Assembly: GCA_004431415.1 (NCBI GenBank)
Contig: QPMI01000691.1
Location: 1 to 64,000, forward strand
Origin: Cyanophora paradoxa CCMP329
Lineage: Eukaryota > Plantae > Glaucophyta
Direction of reading: 5' to 3'
DNA: 64,000 bases
The translations under genes were made by a program, and so were the position numbers. The number at the start of each line of letters is the position of its first letter. The first letter of the stretch is position 1. Of the stretch, positions 1 to 11,995 are shown one piece after another. The notes beneath the pieces are model-generated. The model ran no database searches. It was not told where the DNA came from and saw nothing but the letters and a program-made list of their open reading frames with translations.

Positions 1-2749
1 TTCGCATTAACACCCACTTTTACGGATGTGCTTGTGATTGTGATGTCATAGATTGTCCAAGAATCTACTTCGTCAATTGTGAGTGGAACCCTGAAAGTAG
101 ATTGGTCTAATTTACTGATGTTTCAAAACGAAACCATCACCCCATTGACCTTTGGAAATACTCCAAATTTGCCCATTACTACCAAGTGTAGAAGACCCAT
201 CAAACTGTAAAATAGGTTCAAGCGGTTCAGCATTTTCTTAACTTAATCAGCAAATGCGACAGTTATTCCCTCCACTGAAATCGATGGTTTCATAGCCTGC
301 TGAATTTGTAGAAGTGAAGGAATAACGGAAAGTAGAGAAGCTATTGGTGTCTGCTACATCATAGTAGGGTTGTTATTAGGACCTCCTGAGTTTCTGAATA
401 CTACACTTCCTGACTGTATCAGTTTTTTGAATAACATTAGCATTTGCTTTATTAACAAGCTCATAGACCAGTACATTATTTTCCCAAGCATCATCCAAAC
501 TCGCATTAAATTTCTAGAAGGCAATGAGACAAACCCCCAACATCGAAATTTAAGAAGTTTAAAGGGGCTCTTGAAATCTCATTGTTCCCTATAACAATCT
601 TATCTCTTTACCTCCAGTTCTCTATTGACTGTAAGATCACCTGTAATGGTGCCACCTGTCAATGGTAAATATTTAGCAAGTTCAGCATCAAGCTCAGTCT
701 CTGTCAACTAGGGTATTAATGCTGCTGCCAGTGTTTGGCATATTCAGTTTCTGTTACATAATCATTGAGTATAGTAGTTAATTCGGTTCCATCTATGTAA
801 TTCTTATTTTCTAAATAATCCTCTGTGACCACTCGTGATATATTTTCGTTGTGAATGTTTTTTGCTGCTGCTCTCTGATTTATTTCTAAAACACCTTGCT
901 TATCAACATCATTATAGTTCGTTTTCTTCCACCCTATCTCACATTGCTTGTAATCGTCTCGATCTCCAACTAAATCATCAGGTAAGAGCCGTTCTCGGCT
1001 AAATATTAGCTTTGGTCTTGATCCATCAAAAGCGCTAACATCAGTCACATTAATCTGAAGTCGCATCTTTGTCTACATAATTAATTGGATTGGCTGGAAG
1101 AGATGGTATAGGTGGTAATGTTGCTGTCATTGGGATGTCGTCAGGGTAGTAAACTTGTTAAATAGATACCTGGTTTGGTGTCTTTTATTTCAACACCTCC
1201 ACCAGCTGCCACTAAATTAACTCTTGTAGGTGGTCTAATATAGAGTTCGCCTTCCATTGTGGTTCCAGCATTAATTCGTGGCCATTGACATAATATGTAT
1301 CTAAAGTAATCGTTCTTCTGTGTCTATATTTTTATACAGACTCACACCATGTAGCCCATCATTCACAGCATTACCTGCTGATGCGAAAGTAGGTTGCTGG
1401 TCGATTTCATCCCAATCGTGTCTGTGGTCTTCTGGTGGGAACAATTCTGGTACATCAATTTCGTCCCAAGTGTGTCTATGGTCTGCTGGTGGAAATTCTT
1501 CTGGTATTCCATCGATTTCTCCCCAATCATGCCTATGATCCACAGGCGGAAATCTATCAGGTTTATTCTCGATTTCGTCCCAATCATGGCCATGGGGATC
1601 AGGTGGATATGTTTGTGGTTTATTTCGAATGTCCTCCCAATCCACTATGAAATCGAATAGATCAGGTGCGAAACCATCAGGTAAAAGCTGCTCATCAAAA
1701 GGCTCGTAGCGATCATAAGTTACAAGATTTGGGTCGAAACCATCTGGTAAGACATTATCCTCTTCAAATCGCCTATCTTCAAGAGGTATAACATTACATC
1801 TGGTGATAAAAGCTCTCAGCTGGTTGTTTGTAATCTGTAAATACTGGTTTGTTTCTGACTTTTTCCAGCTAACTATGTGCTGCCCAAAGGCTACATTTTT
1901 CCTCTGCTGTGTATTCCCTCCCAGGTTGCTTCTTTGGTGTAAGGTCAGGTGGATCCCACGGAAGCGGAAAGGGACAGGAACAGGACCGTAATGCTCAAGG
2001 ATTTCCCTTATAGTTTTCTCACTGACAAGCTTTTCACCATTGGCATACACATTGCTTCCATGGATATTTCGCCACTGCCTCGTCCTGATTCAAGGTTTTG
2101 TGTTTGTGACCAAAGGTAAAAGGTGCCTATCCATTTCGACAAGATCAGGGTGTAAATGGATTGCTACTGGTTGAGTGGGGCTGCTGTGATGGTAATTGAT
2201 GGCTTTTTCTGGTGGACATCATTTGGTAAAAAACCCAAACGGCTCATTCCTCGCAAAGTCATATGTAATATCCTTGGGGTATACATCATTAGTTGAACAG
2301 ACTTATTCGTGTTCTGGAAATGGCCACTTGTAATACTTGGGGAACTCTGTTTTTGTGGTGCGCCCTCATTATAAATTCTTAAACCTGTGTTCTGTTTGCC
2401 CTGCTCATCTTGTACATTGAAAATCAAACGGCCACTATCACACCTTGATGGTATGTCTGATGGGTTCCACTTGGTTTGAGTTTTCTCGGTCTCCTTCTGG
2501 TTGCCTTGATCTCTGCTACTTGATTGGCTTTCACATTGCCCAAACTAAAGCTATACTGACATCCTCCTTGTCTGGATCGGTCTGATTTAAGGACAGGGCA
2601 TGCTCCCTTGATTGAGTCTTTGAAGAACCGTCAGAGCTGTGGTCGATTGATATTGAACTTTAACTTTTATATTATCAAAGTTCACATGCTTGTGCTGCTG
2701 GAATTATCATCTTGAATGTTTCCAGATTAGGGGGGTAATTAAAGCTCAT
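1..2749 (-). CDS. Virion fibre / tail-fibre-like protein, broken by many frameshifts and running off the window
   Basis: ATG at 2749 (MSFNYPPNL). ORF 1301-2050 has four HxHxWxEI..P..FPP repeats typical of phage tail fibres. Segment ~620-705 reads ELAKYLPLTGGTITGDLTV, matching the YLPLxGGTxTG fibre motif. A single gene is inferred. Confidence 0.65.
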
Positions 2750-4299
2750 GGCTTTTACTATATGGATTTATAAAATTCCTTATAAGTATTAGATGCCTCA
2801 CAAAATAGTCCTTAGTTGTCAGTGGCGGGCAAGGGGCATTATCATTACCAGACTGCTCAAAGAAATCGAAAATCGAACTGGCAGCGAATCATTGACCTTG
2901 TGATCTTGTTAGTGGAACTTCCACGGGTGGATCATTGCCATTGGGTTGAACATCAGGCATCCAGATAGGGCAGGCGAACCCAAACTCACAGCCAGTGATT
3001 ACATAATTTACCTCACTCAGCTGCCCTTGATTTTCGCGATCCTCGAAATATAATCGAAAATGCCCTTTTTAACACCAAGTATGATGTGGCTCCTTTAGAA
3101 GCGCGATCAATTCTGTTACTGGCGAATCCCTCATTCAGGATTCTCTGAAGGACATTGTGATTACTTCGTTTGATACTCAGTACATGAAACCTATATTTAT
3201 CACAAACGATAACAACTACAACTTTCTGCCCTGTAAATAGCAGCAAGGGCTACCTCTGCTGCTCCCACCACTTTTCTCCTGTGAGTATAGTTGATTTTAA
3301 TCGAGGGTAACTGCTTGCCTTATTGATGGTGCTATTCAGAAACAATAACCCAAGTGGTGTGGCTATAGCCATGCGAGGAAGATTTACAGTGATGATGATG
3401 ACATTATAGTTATAAGCATCTCTTGTGTGAGGTAGACCCATATTTAGAGTCTGATTATTTCGGCTATGGTTATGAGACTGTGAACAGTTGGGCATTCTCT
3501 CATGGATTGCCTCAACAGATGGAAGCCCATTGATTACATCTCATGCAGCAAGTGAGCTGTCAGCTCTTGACAAGATGGAGGAGTTGCTGCTTACAACTAC
3601 GATCAGGATTATGGAGGTACTATAGGCTATCTGTTCCTCTTCCAAATCACATAGTCAAGTCCCTTGATGATACCTCTAAAATCCCCGACATGCTTTCGTT
3701 CACTGAGACATACATAGCAGCAAACAACACCATGATTAATAAGCTTTGCGATTGCTGTAGCAAACTATGAATTAAAGAACCCATCAAAAGCATACATCTC
3801 TTCCACTCTCACCCTTCACCACCTTTGATGCTAATTGGTACAAACTTGCTGATGATGCCTTACTGCCTCCTCCTCTGTGACAGGTAAAGAGCCCCACATG
3901 GCTCGACCTTCATCATTTGGCTGGGAAGCTGGGCATTGCTCCAGAGCAGATATGGGAGACCCCCACTGAGTACCTTCAAGTTGCGTTCCCATACACTTTT
4001 GAACTCTCTTCAGTGGTTGCCTATGGGTCAGGGACACCAATGCTTTTATAAAGACTTTCAATGTGGCTACATCAACTAATGGGTCAACTGGTCTTTTATC
4101 GAGCCGAAGGGCAGAACAAAACATTTGTTTGTGAGAATATAAACAATGCTAATAATTCCGGCGATGTAGCTTTATTAAATGGTTACCCTCTCACCATCAA
4201 GATGCTTTCTACATAGGTTCTCTTTGAGAATCAGTATGTTCGCATTTATCCCTTGTTTATGTCAATGCTCCACAATGAGAGTCGATTTTACAGGTGCGT

Positions 4300-5226
4300 T
4301 TATTCGATAAACTCGAGCTGAAAAGAATTGTCAATTCCATTCATGTCAATGATGTCACCAAAGTAGTCTTGAACTCAACTGTTAGTTCTCTCACCACCAG
4401 ATGTCGGTCATTAATTCGAATAAACTCCCCATGTTCACCATTATAGTAAACATAGCCTCCTATATCCTTGCTTAATTGGAGTCTCAGTATGGCGCCTTGG
4501 TTTTGTGGCTGTGATTTTGGACTATATTATGTCTGCTGGCAAAGGGAGCAAGTTCTTTGACATGTAAATAAAGGTACTGCTCAGCATTCATATCTGCATC
4601 TTATTCTGTAATAAACATATCTAAGAGTGTGGATGAAAGTCTGGATCCCGAAAAGTAGTTCCCCACAAGGGTGATTGAGTGTGATAGGTTTGCCATCATA
4701 CTTTAGAAAATTCTCAGGCGATATGGAGATTGAGAGGGCGAATTGTCATCCATAAATGAAGACTGGAACTCAGTTGAGCTTAACCCAGAAGCTTACCAAT
4801 ACGCTTATTGCTTGCTCTTATACGGAAAAATCGGTTACTGTAGAACTCCACTTTATAAGTGGTTGGATTGTAGAATAATTTGAATTCGAAAGCAACTGTT
4901 TTTCCTGCTATAGTTTCCTCATAGAACACATAGTTCAATCCATAGTTGTATGGTTGGGTGACCCCAAAATGACCCTGATTGATATAACCGGTTGGCAGAG
5001 GAGAGATGTTGTAAGTTACTGTTTCAGTGACAGAACTATCCTGATAGGTGAATTCCACTATTAAATGATCTGTTCCCACACTATTGTAAATGCTGTTTGG
5101 AATTTCTGCGTAAATGATCCTACACTCTCGAGGTCTCTCTACTGGTGTTGTGAGGGCAACCCTGTAAGAGTTTTCGGTTTCACCTTGGCTGCGATCCCTG
5201 CTATCAACATTGACAAGCCGGTTCAT
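4300..5226 (-). CDS. Minor capsid (penton) protein 1, frameshifted
   Basis: N-terminus VNVDSRDR...YRVAL...IIYAEIPNSIYN. Downstream frames give QYLYLHVKEL and DYFGDIIDMNGIDNSFQLEFIE* (stop 4300-4302), the typical PLV penton C-terminus. Confidence 0.75.
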
Positions 5227-5255
5227 TTTAATATATGAATATAGATAAAAGGAGA

Positions 5256-6280
5256 ATGCCCGTGGACTACATTGAGGTGAGCTCTTTTAATACAATCTCT
5301 GGTGACGGTCCTACTTCAAGCTTTGTAGCTCGACTTCCAAACATATATGAGAATGTGAGGGCTGTCAGGCTGGTCTCGGCCGAATTTATAATAGTATCCC
5401 TATGGTGAGTGGTGAAACGCAACCAGGGGATATTACAATTGATAATTCATTCAGCATTTTTTGGAGTGAAGAATTCGATGGTGCTGGCATTGATGGCATT
5501 CCAACTACTCGACCAGCGGCCGGCTTTGAACCTTGGAAGCAATTAATCATAAGTCGCAAAAAACCCATTCAAAGCCACCAGCAATTGGTAAATGTAATTA
5601 ATGCGAATTCGATGATAGAGAGCCGGAACCATCTATTCGCTGTAAATGGGATGAGTCACTAAAACGAATTATATTCCACTCAGAGAAACCTTTCTATCTA
5701 GCCTTCTCTGTTGCTGAAATCCAAACCAGAAAACGATCCAAAAGTTACTGAGCGCTGCCCGATTGCTTGGTCTTGATCCCGGAAGATATGGAAATTCCCC
5801 AATCCAATCACAGGTTTATAATGCTCTTACTGATGGCATCTTTACTGGTGAACGGGTGAATGGTATTATATCTTCGTTTGAGCCTGAAAAGACCAGGGAC
5901 AGTGTTTTATTTGTCAGAGTAAAAGAGTTGGTGATCTGGTTCAGTGTGGGGATGGTCTCCTGACTGGTTACTTCCATAAAATAGTGGTTCCTGACAAGGA
6001 CTACGGTGAGCATGTGGTTTACAATTCGACAGAATCCCACCCACTTTACAAATACTATAACAAAAAAATGAGTTTGTCTACATTCTCTGTGGATATAGTA
6101 AATGCTATAAACGAACCAATTGATTTTGAGGGTCAACCTGTCCACCTCACATTTGAAATTCGCTATGGGACGAGCCAGCAGGTGACCCTCTCTATGAATA
6201 CTTTAAGATGCGGATGTCGCAAAGTCATCCAACATATCCGGTCATTGCGAGTTTCGGGTAAACACAAGGATCATTCGTAA
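5256..6280 (+). CDS. Minor capsid (penton) protein 2, frameshifted
   Basis: MPVDYIEVSS...FVARLPNIYENVRAVRLVSAEF; later VLFVRVKEL and FSVDIVNAINEPIDFEGQPVHLTFEI. Same single-jelly-roll signature, immediately upstream of the MCP. Confidence 0.7.
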
Positions 6281-6314
6281 TTTTTTATGTTACAGTATAA
6301 TAAAAGCGAAAATC

Positions 6315-7685
6315 ATGGATATTACGTCGACCCTCCAGCGCCTTTCGTTGAAAGAAGCCCTAACAACCCCAGAGGAGGCCAAGGCCTTCTTTCTGGATAA
6401 CTCCCTTATGCTTGGTCTTGAATCCAAGTCTAAGCCCGTTCTTGTTGTTGTGAACCCGAGCAATACTTTTGAAAATAATGTTGGAAATCGCATTTCATTC
6501 AAACTCCCTCGCTACAATTTCTGTGGCAAACTCGAACTTGCCTTTGACCTTCCAGCTATCACTTTTGGTGATGCTGATCTTGTTCGAAATGGATACACTC
6601 GCCCAGTTGGTGCTTTGGTTCAGCGACTTGAAATTACCTATGGGTCATACACCTACCATATCCCTTCTGATTTCCTTGCTCATTTCCCTCTTGTCTATTA
6701 TAGTGAGGACCAACTTGCCAAAAAGAAGCGGTCAATGGGTATGCTTCACGGCATCCCCGCCCATGGAACCAACCGACTTGGTGGTTCTTTCTTCGTCGAA
6801 ATTCCTGTGCCTTGGCTAAACCACTACCTACCTCTTGGTGCTCTGTCTGGTGAAATGGTAGTAACTGTTTGGTTCAAGGATGTAGGGAAGGGTTATGTTG
6901 AGACTTCTTATGGTGGTCGTACTCTTCCTAAGGCTGGGGACACAGCCATTGATGGGGACAAGGACGATGGGCTTGGCGTCGCACCTGCTGAATCTGTGCT
7001 GGCACATGTTGGCCAAAACATCACCACTTTCAATCTTGGTGCGCCAAACGTTGAAATTAAAATTACTTCTCCTCGCCTTTATATGTATGCTGTTAATGTG
7101 TCTGATGAGCTTTTCGCTACTGTTATTGAGAAGGTAAAGACAACTGGCATGGCTATCCCTGCTCTGGATATTGGATTTGTGGATGTCAGTGATTTGAAAG
7201 CCAAGGGCGGCGCCCAGCCCAATCGAGTTAACCTCTCCCAAATCTCAGGTCTTGTTTATGCTCTGCTTGTTTCAGTTCGTGATAACGCTAATGTTGACAA
7301 AGCAAATGGTTCCCACAGTGTACTTAAGACCTACTCCAACTCCAAAGAGATCACATTCACAATTGAGATAAACGGCCAGCGACTTTTTGCCACTGAGCCA
7401 ATTTCGCTCCTCAAAGGTGCTGAGCTGATTGCTGATGTCTTCAAATGCTCTAATATGGATAAGGTTGCTGATCGCTATGTTCTTTCGGGTATGAGTTTCT
7501 GTCTTGATGGTGAGAAGGCAATTCGCAATATTGCCCAGTCTGGCTATGTTGACCTGACCAATTCTTCATCTTCATTCCTCACTCTCTACATGCCCACTGA
7601 CAAGGCAATTGATGTCAATGTTCGCGCTCTCATGCATAGTTTCATTATTGTGGACAAGGACGGCTTGAGGCGAATCAATCTATAA
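6315..7685 (+). CDS. Major capsid protein (double jelly-roll)
   Basis: Intact 456-aa ORF with ISFKLPR...LELAFDLP, VQRLEITYG and VEIPVPWL..YLPLGAL..EMVVTVWF motifs; located between penton and ATPase. Confidence 0.85.
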   Translation: MDITSTLQRLSLKEALTTPEEAKAFFLDNSLMLGLESKSKPVLVVVNPSNTFENNVGNRISFKLPRYNFCGKLELAFDLPAITFGDADLVRNGYTRPVGALVQRLEITYGSYTYHIPSDFLAHFPLVYYSEDQLAKKKRSMGMLHGIPAHGTNRLGGSFFVEIPVPWLNHYLPLGALSGEMVVTVWFKDVGKGYVETSYGGRTLPKAGDTAIDGDKDDGLGVAPAESVLAHVGQNITTFNLGAPNVEIKITSPRLYMYAVNVSDELFATVIEKVKTTGMAIPALDIGFVDVSDLKAKGGAQPNRVNLSQISGLVYALLVSVRDNANVDKANGSHSVLKTYSNSKEITFTIEINGQRLFATEPISLLKGAELIADVFKCSNMDKVADRYVLSGMSFCLDGEKAIRNIAQSGYVDLTNSSSSFLTLYMPTDKAIDVNVRALMHSFIIVDKDGLRRINL

Positions 7686-7738
7686 ACCATATTCAGTCAC
7701 ATCGTATTATTTTTATCTGGTTCTTTATAGAAGGAAGC

Positions 7739-8520
7739 ATGGGCGACTTGGACGAATTTAATGCTGGTGAGATGATAAATCCCCTTTCCGCGTTTTGGCA
7801 ATTGGCAAATCTGCTACTGGTAAATCAGAGGCTGTAAAGTACTGGCTCAAGCAGCTTCATGATGCCAAAAAGATTGATGTCGTTTTGGTGGTGAGTGGAA
7901 CAAGCTTTAATCATTTCTGGGATAAGGTGGCCACATTACAATTGGGGAAATGGGACGCCCCTTACATTGCTAAATTGCTGGATGAAAGGCAAGAGAAAAT
8001 AGAAAAAGGGGAACCTGTTAACCAATTATGTGTTGTTTTGGACGACCTTATTGACAACGAAATAGTAGATTTGACCCGAGATAAAATAATCGGAAGTCTT
8101 TACAGTCGTGGTAGACATTCGAAAATATCTATTATCTGTATCACACAAAAGCTAAGGAAAGTCTCATCAACAATTCGCGTCAACTCAGATTATGCTATGT
8201 TCCTAAGCGCTGCCAATAGAAAGGAGCTTGAAGCCATTGAGGAAGAATACAATATAATGCGGGACAAAGATGTTTTCTATAAAATGTTTGAAGAATATGT
8301 ACATTCCTATCAGTTTCTAATTTGGTCATCTGCCGATTATTCTGTGAAATATTTCGTAGATAAAGCGGATTTGGTCAAAGATTTCCCATTTCCACGGTTC
8401 CACAGGAAGCCAAAGAAGAAAGAAGATGAGCTTAAACCACCAGAGAAAGAAGAAGGGCGAAAAGAAGTGAGAAGCCAAGTTCATAGTAATAAGTTAATGC
8501 GATATAAACGCGGTCTATAA
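7739..8520 (+). CDS. A32/FtsK-like genome packaging ATPase
   Basis: PFRVLAIGKSATGKS (Walker A), VVLDD (Walker B), SRGRHSKISIICITQ, IRVNSDY. The likely ATG at 7739 needs one extra base near 7777-7781. Confidence 0.93.
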
Positions 8521-8548
8521 AAATATCTCTCACTTTAATAAAGACACA

Positions 8549-9281
8549 ATGCCCCCCAAACGCAAAATAGGCATCCCTGCTGGGGCTGTTGGTTATTCAG
8601 GCGGTGGTAACAATGGCTCCATTAACACAGACCCGCTTAAATTCAATGGAATGAATGAGGTTAAGCCATCACAGCAACAAGAGGATCCCTTAATGCCGCC
8701 TATGAGGAATCTTTTGATGACAAAGCCCCACAGACGTCCACCAGTGATCAGCTCAACATCTCCCCTGAAGCTTCTAAAATGAAGGCTGTGGGTGAGGGTG
8801 CCAGGCGAATTATAGGTGCTGCTGATGACAAAGGTCTTGGGCTCCAAGATCTATCACTCACTCGCAAAGGTGAGGGTCTCAGTAAAGAATCCGACAAGGT
8901 TATCCAGTCTATGGCGGGTGAAGTCACATACAAGACTGCTCCCACCCAGAATATTCATAGAGTTCCCAAGGCTCAATGGGACGAGATGACTGCCAAGCTT
9001 AAAGATCTGGAAGCCAAATCAAGTGCCTTAGAGCAATATGTAACTGAGAAGAGAGAGAGATCCAAACTCAAGGAGATGCTAAGAAAGGAGGTGTTCAAAA
9101 TGGGATCACTGGGATTCCAGATAAACAGTTTATTGCCAAGAAAGAGAACCAAATTGATGAGCAAGCTGTTGATGAAATGAAAACAAAGACCCAAAAGGGG
9201 ACTATTGAGCCAGGTGCTACAAAGGCTGAGGTGGACAAAGGTGTAGCCCCCACAGTGTATAAACGACGGGTTTGGCTTTGA
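8549..9281 (+). CDS. Hypothetical charged/coiled-coil protein (possible core protein), apparently one gene with two frameshifts
   Basis: ORFs 8549-8782 and 8779-9180 and a third frame join by single-base shifts near 8690 and 9097. Confidence 0.45.
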
Positions 9282-9309
9282 GAAAAAATAAACGTTTTTT
9301 CTATTATAA

Positions 9310-9540
9310 ATGGATGATACCATCAGTCTGGTTGAGTTCACCGTTGATAGTCCTGTTAGTGAGAGTTATATTAAGAGCGCTGTAGCAAACCAAAAACGAT
9401 ACAGGGAAGACCCAGAATATAGAGAGTTTAAGAAACAGCAAGCCTTGGCATCATATTATCGCCGAAGGGCACAAAAAGATGTTGTGAGGCCTATAGGGAG
9501 GCCAATTAAACATTATTTGACCACTGAGAGCAGCAACTGA
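9310..9540 (+). CDS. Small basic putative DNA-binding protein
   Basis: YREDPEYREFKK helix and IGRPIK AT-hook-like motif; TATAA immediately before the ATG. Confidence 0.6.
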   Translation: MDDTISLVEFTVDSPVSESYIKSAVANQKRYREDPEYREFKKQQALASYYRRRAQKDVVRPIGRPIKHYLTTESSN

Positions 9541-9541
9541 G

Positions 9542-10071
9542 TTATTTTGTCCTGTTACTTGTAAGATGTGGCAATGGCTCCAACAATTGCTGGATATGTT
9601 TCATATACATGTGACCAGCAATTATAAGTGTAGCTGTTGTGATACTACTATTGACGTCAGCATTGGATCTTCCTCCCAAGTGGATCCAGGAGTGGGTCTC
9701 CCTATGATGTGGTGCGCTCAACTGAGGGGCAAAGGGTAAGCTTGGAGAGCATTGAAGAGGTGACAGGGGAGCAATTTGCTCAGGCTGTAAGCAGCGCTTG
9801 GAATGAGTACCAAGGAAACCGTCTACATTGAACACATTATCTGCCATCAGGGAAGGGGCTAATCTCATTTCCAAGCATGAGGAGATCGTTTGATATTTTT
9901 GTAAAGCTGCTTTGATATGTGGAGACAGGGGGCTATTCGATGACCAAGGTTGTACAGTTCTATAGAGACGCGATGTATGGAGTCACTCAATTCAGGGCTT
10001 GGAGACGTCAGCGCCAAATATGAGAGTTCAAAGGAGACCTCTACAAGGCGAGTATGGATGGGAGTTGTCAT
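9542..10071 (-). CDS. Hypothetical protein (two overlapping ORFs, probably one frameshifted gene)
   Basis: ORFs 9865-10071 and 9542-9874 overlap by 10 nt; no recognised motif. Confidence 0.35.
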
Positions 10072-10267
10072 AATAATCTACTTTTAGGCAGCATAAAAAT
10101 GCGAAAGGGGCGGCTCTGCGTAGAGCTTGATGAGAGCTTCACAGGAAAAAAAAGAGCGCTCAAAACGGCCAATCTGGTGCCGAGATATTCGCGTTTGAAG
10201 TTCCTTAAGTGGCTCTAATTGAAAGTTTTAGAAACATTCTTATAGAGCTCTATAAGGAAATAGCTGC

Positions 10268-10444
10268 GCAATCTCAGCGTTGCGCGGCCATACAAGGAGC
10301 AATCTCAGGCTTGCGCAGCCACACACTGAGCAATCTCCGGCTTGCGCGGCCATACAAGGAGCAATCTCAGCGTTGCGCGGCCATACAAGGAGCAATCTCA
10401 GGCTTGCGCAGCCACACACTGAGCAATCTCAGGCTTGCGCAGCC
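10268..10444. repeat. Tandem array A, about 6 x 31 bp
   Basis: gcaatctc recurs at 10268, 10299, 10330, 10361, 10392 and 10423; unit like gcaatctcaggcttgcgcagccacacactga. Confidence 0.95.
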
Positions 10445-10450
10445 CGCGTG

Positions 10451-11100
10451 TATATGTATATGATATATATGAAAAAAAAAACAAGTTTTGGTAAAAACTA
10501 CAGCGCCGTGATCGCCATGACGCGGCGAGTCCGGAAAGCTATGATATATATATATGTCATGTGACATTATGATATATCATATACATATATCATTATGGTA
10601 TATACAAGTCGCTCAAATTGAAGTCTTATAAGGTCTTATAAGAGTTGTCTTATAGAATTCTTTTCTAAAATCTTATATGGTCTTATAAGATTTAATGTGC
10701 GTACCGTAGCGCAGTACGCAAGCCACTTTGCGTACCGTAGCGCCGTACGCAGCCCACTGTGCGTACCGTAGCGCAGTACGCAGGCCACTGTGCGTACCGT
10801 GGCTCAGTACGCAAGCCACTGTGCGTACCGTAGCGCAGTACGCAAGCCACTGTGCGTACCGTAGCGCAGTACGCAGGCCCCTGTGCGTACCGTAGCGCAG
10901 TACGCAGGCCCCTGTGCGTACCGTGGCTCAGTACGCGCGAACGTACATATGTATATGATATATATGAAAAAAAAACAAGTTTTGGTAAAAACTATAGCGC
11001 CGTGATCGCCATGACGCGGCGAGTCCGGAAAGCTATGTTATATATATATGTCATGTGACATCATAATATATCATATACATATATCATTATGGTATATACA
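10451..11100. repeat. ~155-bp AT-rich direct repeat (10451-10607 and 10946-11100)
   Basis: tatatgtatatgatatatatgaaaaaaa...cagcgccgtgatcgccatgacgcggcgagtccggaaagctatg...ggtatataca occurs twice with few differences. Confidence 0.95.
10698..10937. repeat. Tandem array B, about 8 x 31 bp, palindromic unit
   Basis: tgcgtacc recurs every 31 nt from 10698 to 10915; each unit contains the inverted repeat tgcgtac-N9-gtacgca. Confidence 0.95.
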
Positions 11101-11136
11101 TTTGGTATATGCGAAACTGAAAATATTCGTAGCTCG

Positions 11137-11490
11137 TCACCAGATCATCGTAAGGCTATGATGTTGGAGTCTATAAATATCTACTTTGTACGAGGAATCC
11201 AACGGTGATAGCGGCAAGGAGTGAATCGGTGATTTTAAGATGGGGTACTTACAATTTTCATGACTTTCTCCAGCTAAAATTTGCTTTGTGGAGTAGGGCA
11301 TACCCTCCATGCCATAGTTATCACATATGATGTTCTCATATGCCTCCATCAATCTGCGCAATTCTTTACTTTTCTGGGGTTGATGTCTTGGGGGACTTCC
11401 TATACTCATCATAATACTGCTGCCTGACTGCCTCCCACAGTTCAACCATGTCCTCAAGGGGATGTCATCATAGCTGCTATCTGAGTCCAT
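11137..11490 (-). CDS. Hypothetical protein
   Basis: 117-aa ATG-initiated ORF with no recognised motif. Confidence 0.35.
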   Translation of the reverse strand: MDSDSSYDDIPLRTWLNCGRQSGSSIMMSIGSPPRHQPQKSKELRRLMEAYENIICDNYGMEGMPYSTKQILAGESHENCKYPILKSPIHSLPLSPLDSSYKVDIYRLQHHSLTMIW

Positions 11491-11995
11491 GGTGGTACTG
11501 GTGGGCTTATGTAAGACTGTTTGGGGGTTGGGGTGTCAAGAATCAATTTTTGGTGGGCACTTGGGGGGCTTGGGCTCTTCACCATGCTATATGAAGATGT
11601 CCTTAAGTGCTGGTGGCCTACAAGCAAGTGGGGTAGATTTTGGGGGGGTTAGGGGACTCAAGGGGAAGTTAGGGGGGGTTTCTGCCAACTGACGTCTTGT
11701 TGTTTAGGTTACCATTCTCAGTCTGGAAGGTGGGGTTTAGGGGGGATTAGGGGGTTGTTGAGTGGGTAGGGGGGTATTCTCTCACAACTCTATATATTTC
11801 TGGCTTGTTGCTTAAAAATGAAAAAGAGTTGGAGGCTATAGGAGTTATATATCCCCCCCTAGGTCCCCTAACCCCCCCACATGTATACATTATTACCATT
11901 TCTGGTCATAAAACAACCAGAAAGTAAAAAATGAAGGTCCCCCAGAAGGTCCCCCAGACGTCTTGAACCCCCCCCAAAAACCTATCATGAGCCCC

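Noticed and set aside
3013-3495. Possible degraded reverse transcriptase on the minus strand (RDAY..., AIATPLG, HNVLQRILNEGF)
   Set aside because: No YxDD or LPxG motif; the region is error-rich and a plus-strand gene from ~2792 is equally plausible. Needs polishing and an HMM search.
2792-4290. Adenain-like maturation protease expected in Mavericks
   Set aside because: No HW or QxxxxxCG motif found in any frame I read; left unassigned.
10268-10937. CRISPR-like 31-bp repeats and ORFs 10209-11058
   Set aside because: The units are directly abutting with no spacers; the ORFs are translations of the repeats.
11641-11880. Interstitial telomere
   Set aside because: The TTAGGG-like words are scattered with variable G-run length and do not form a tandem telomeric array.
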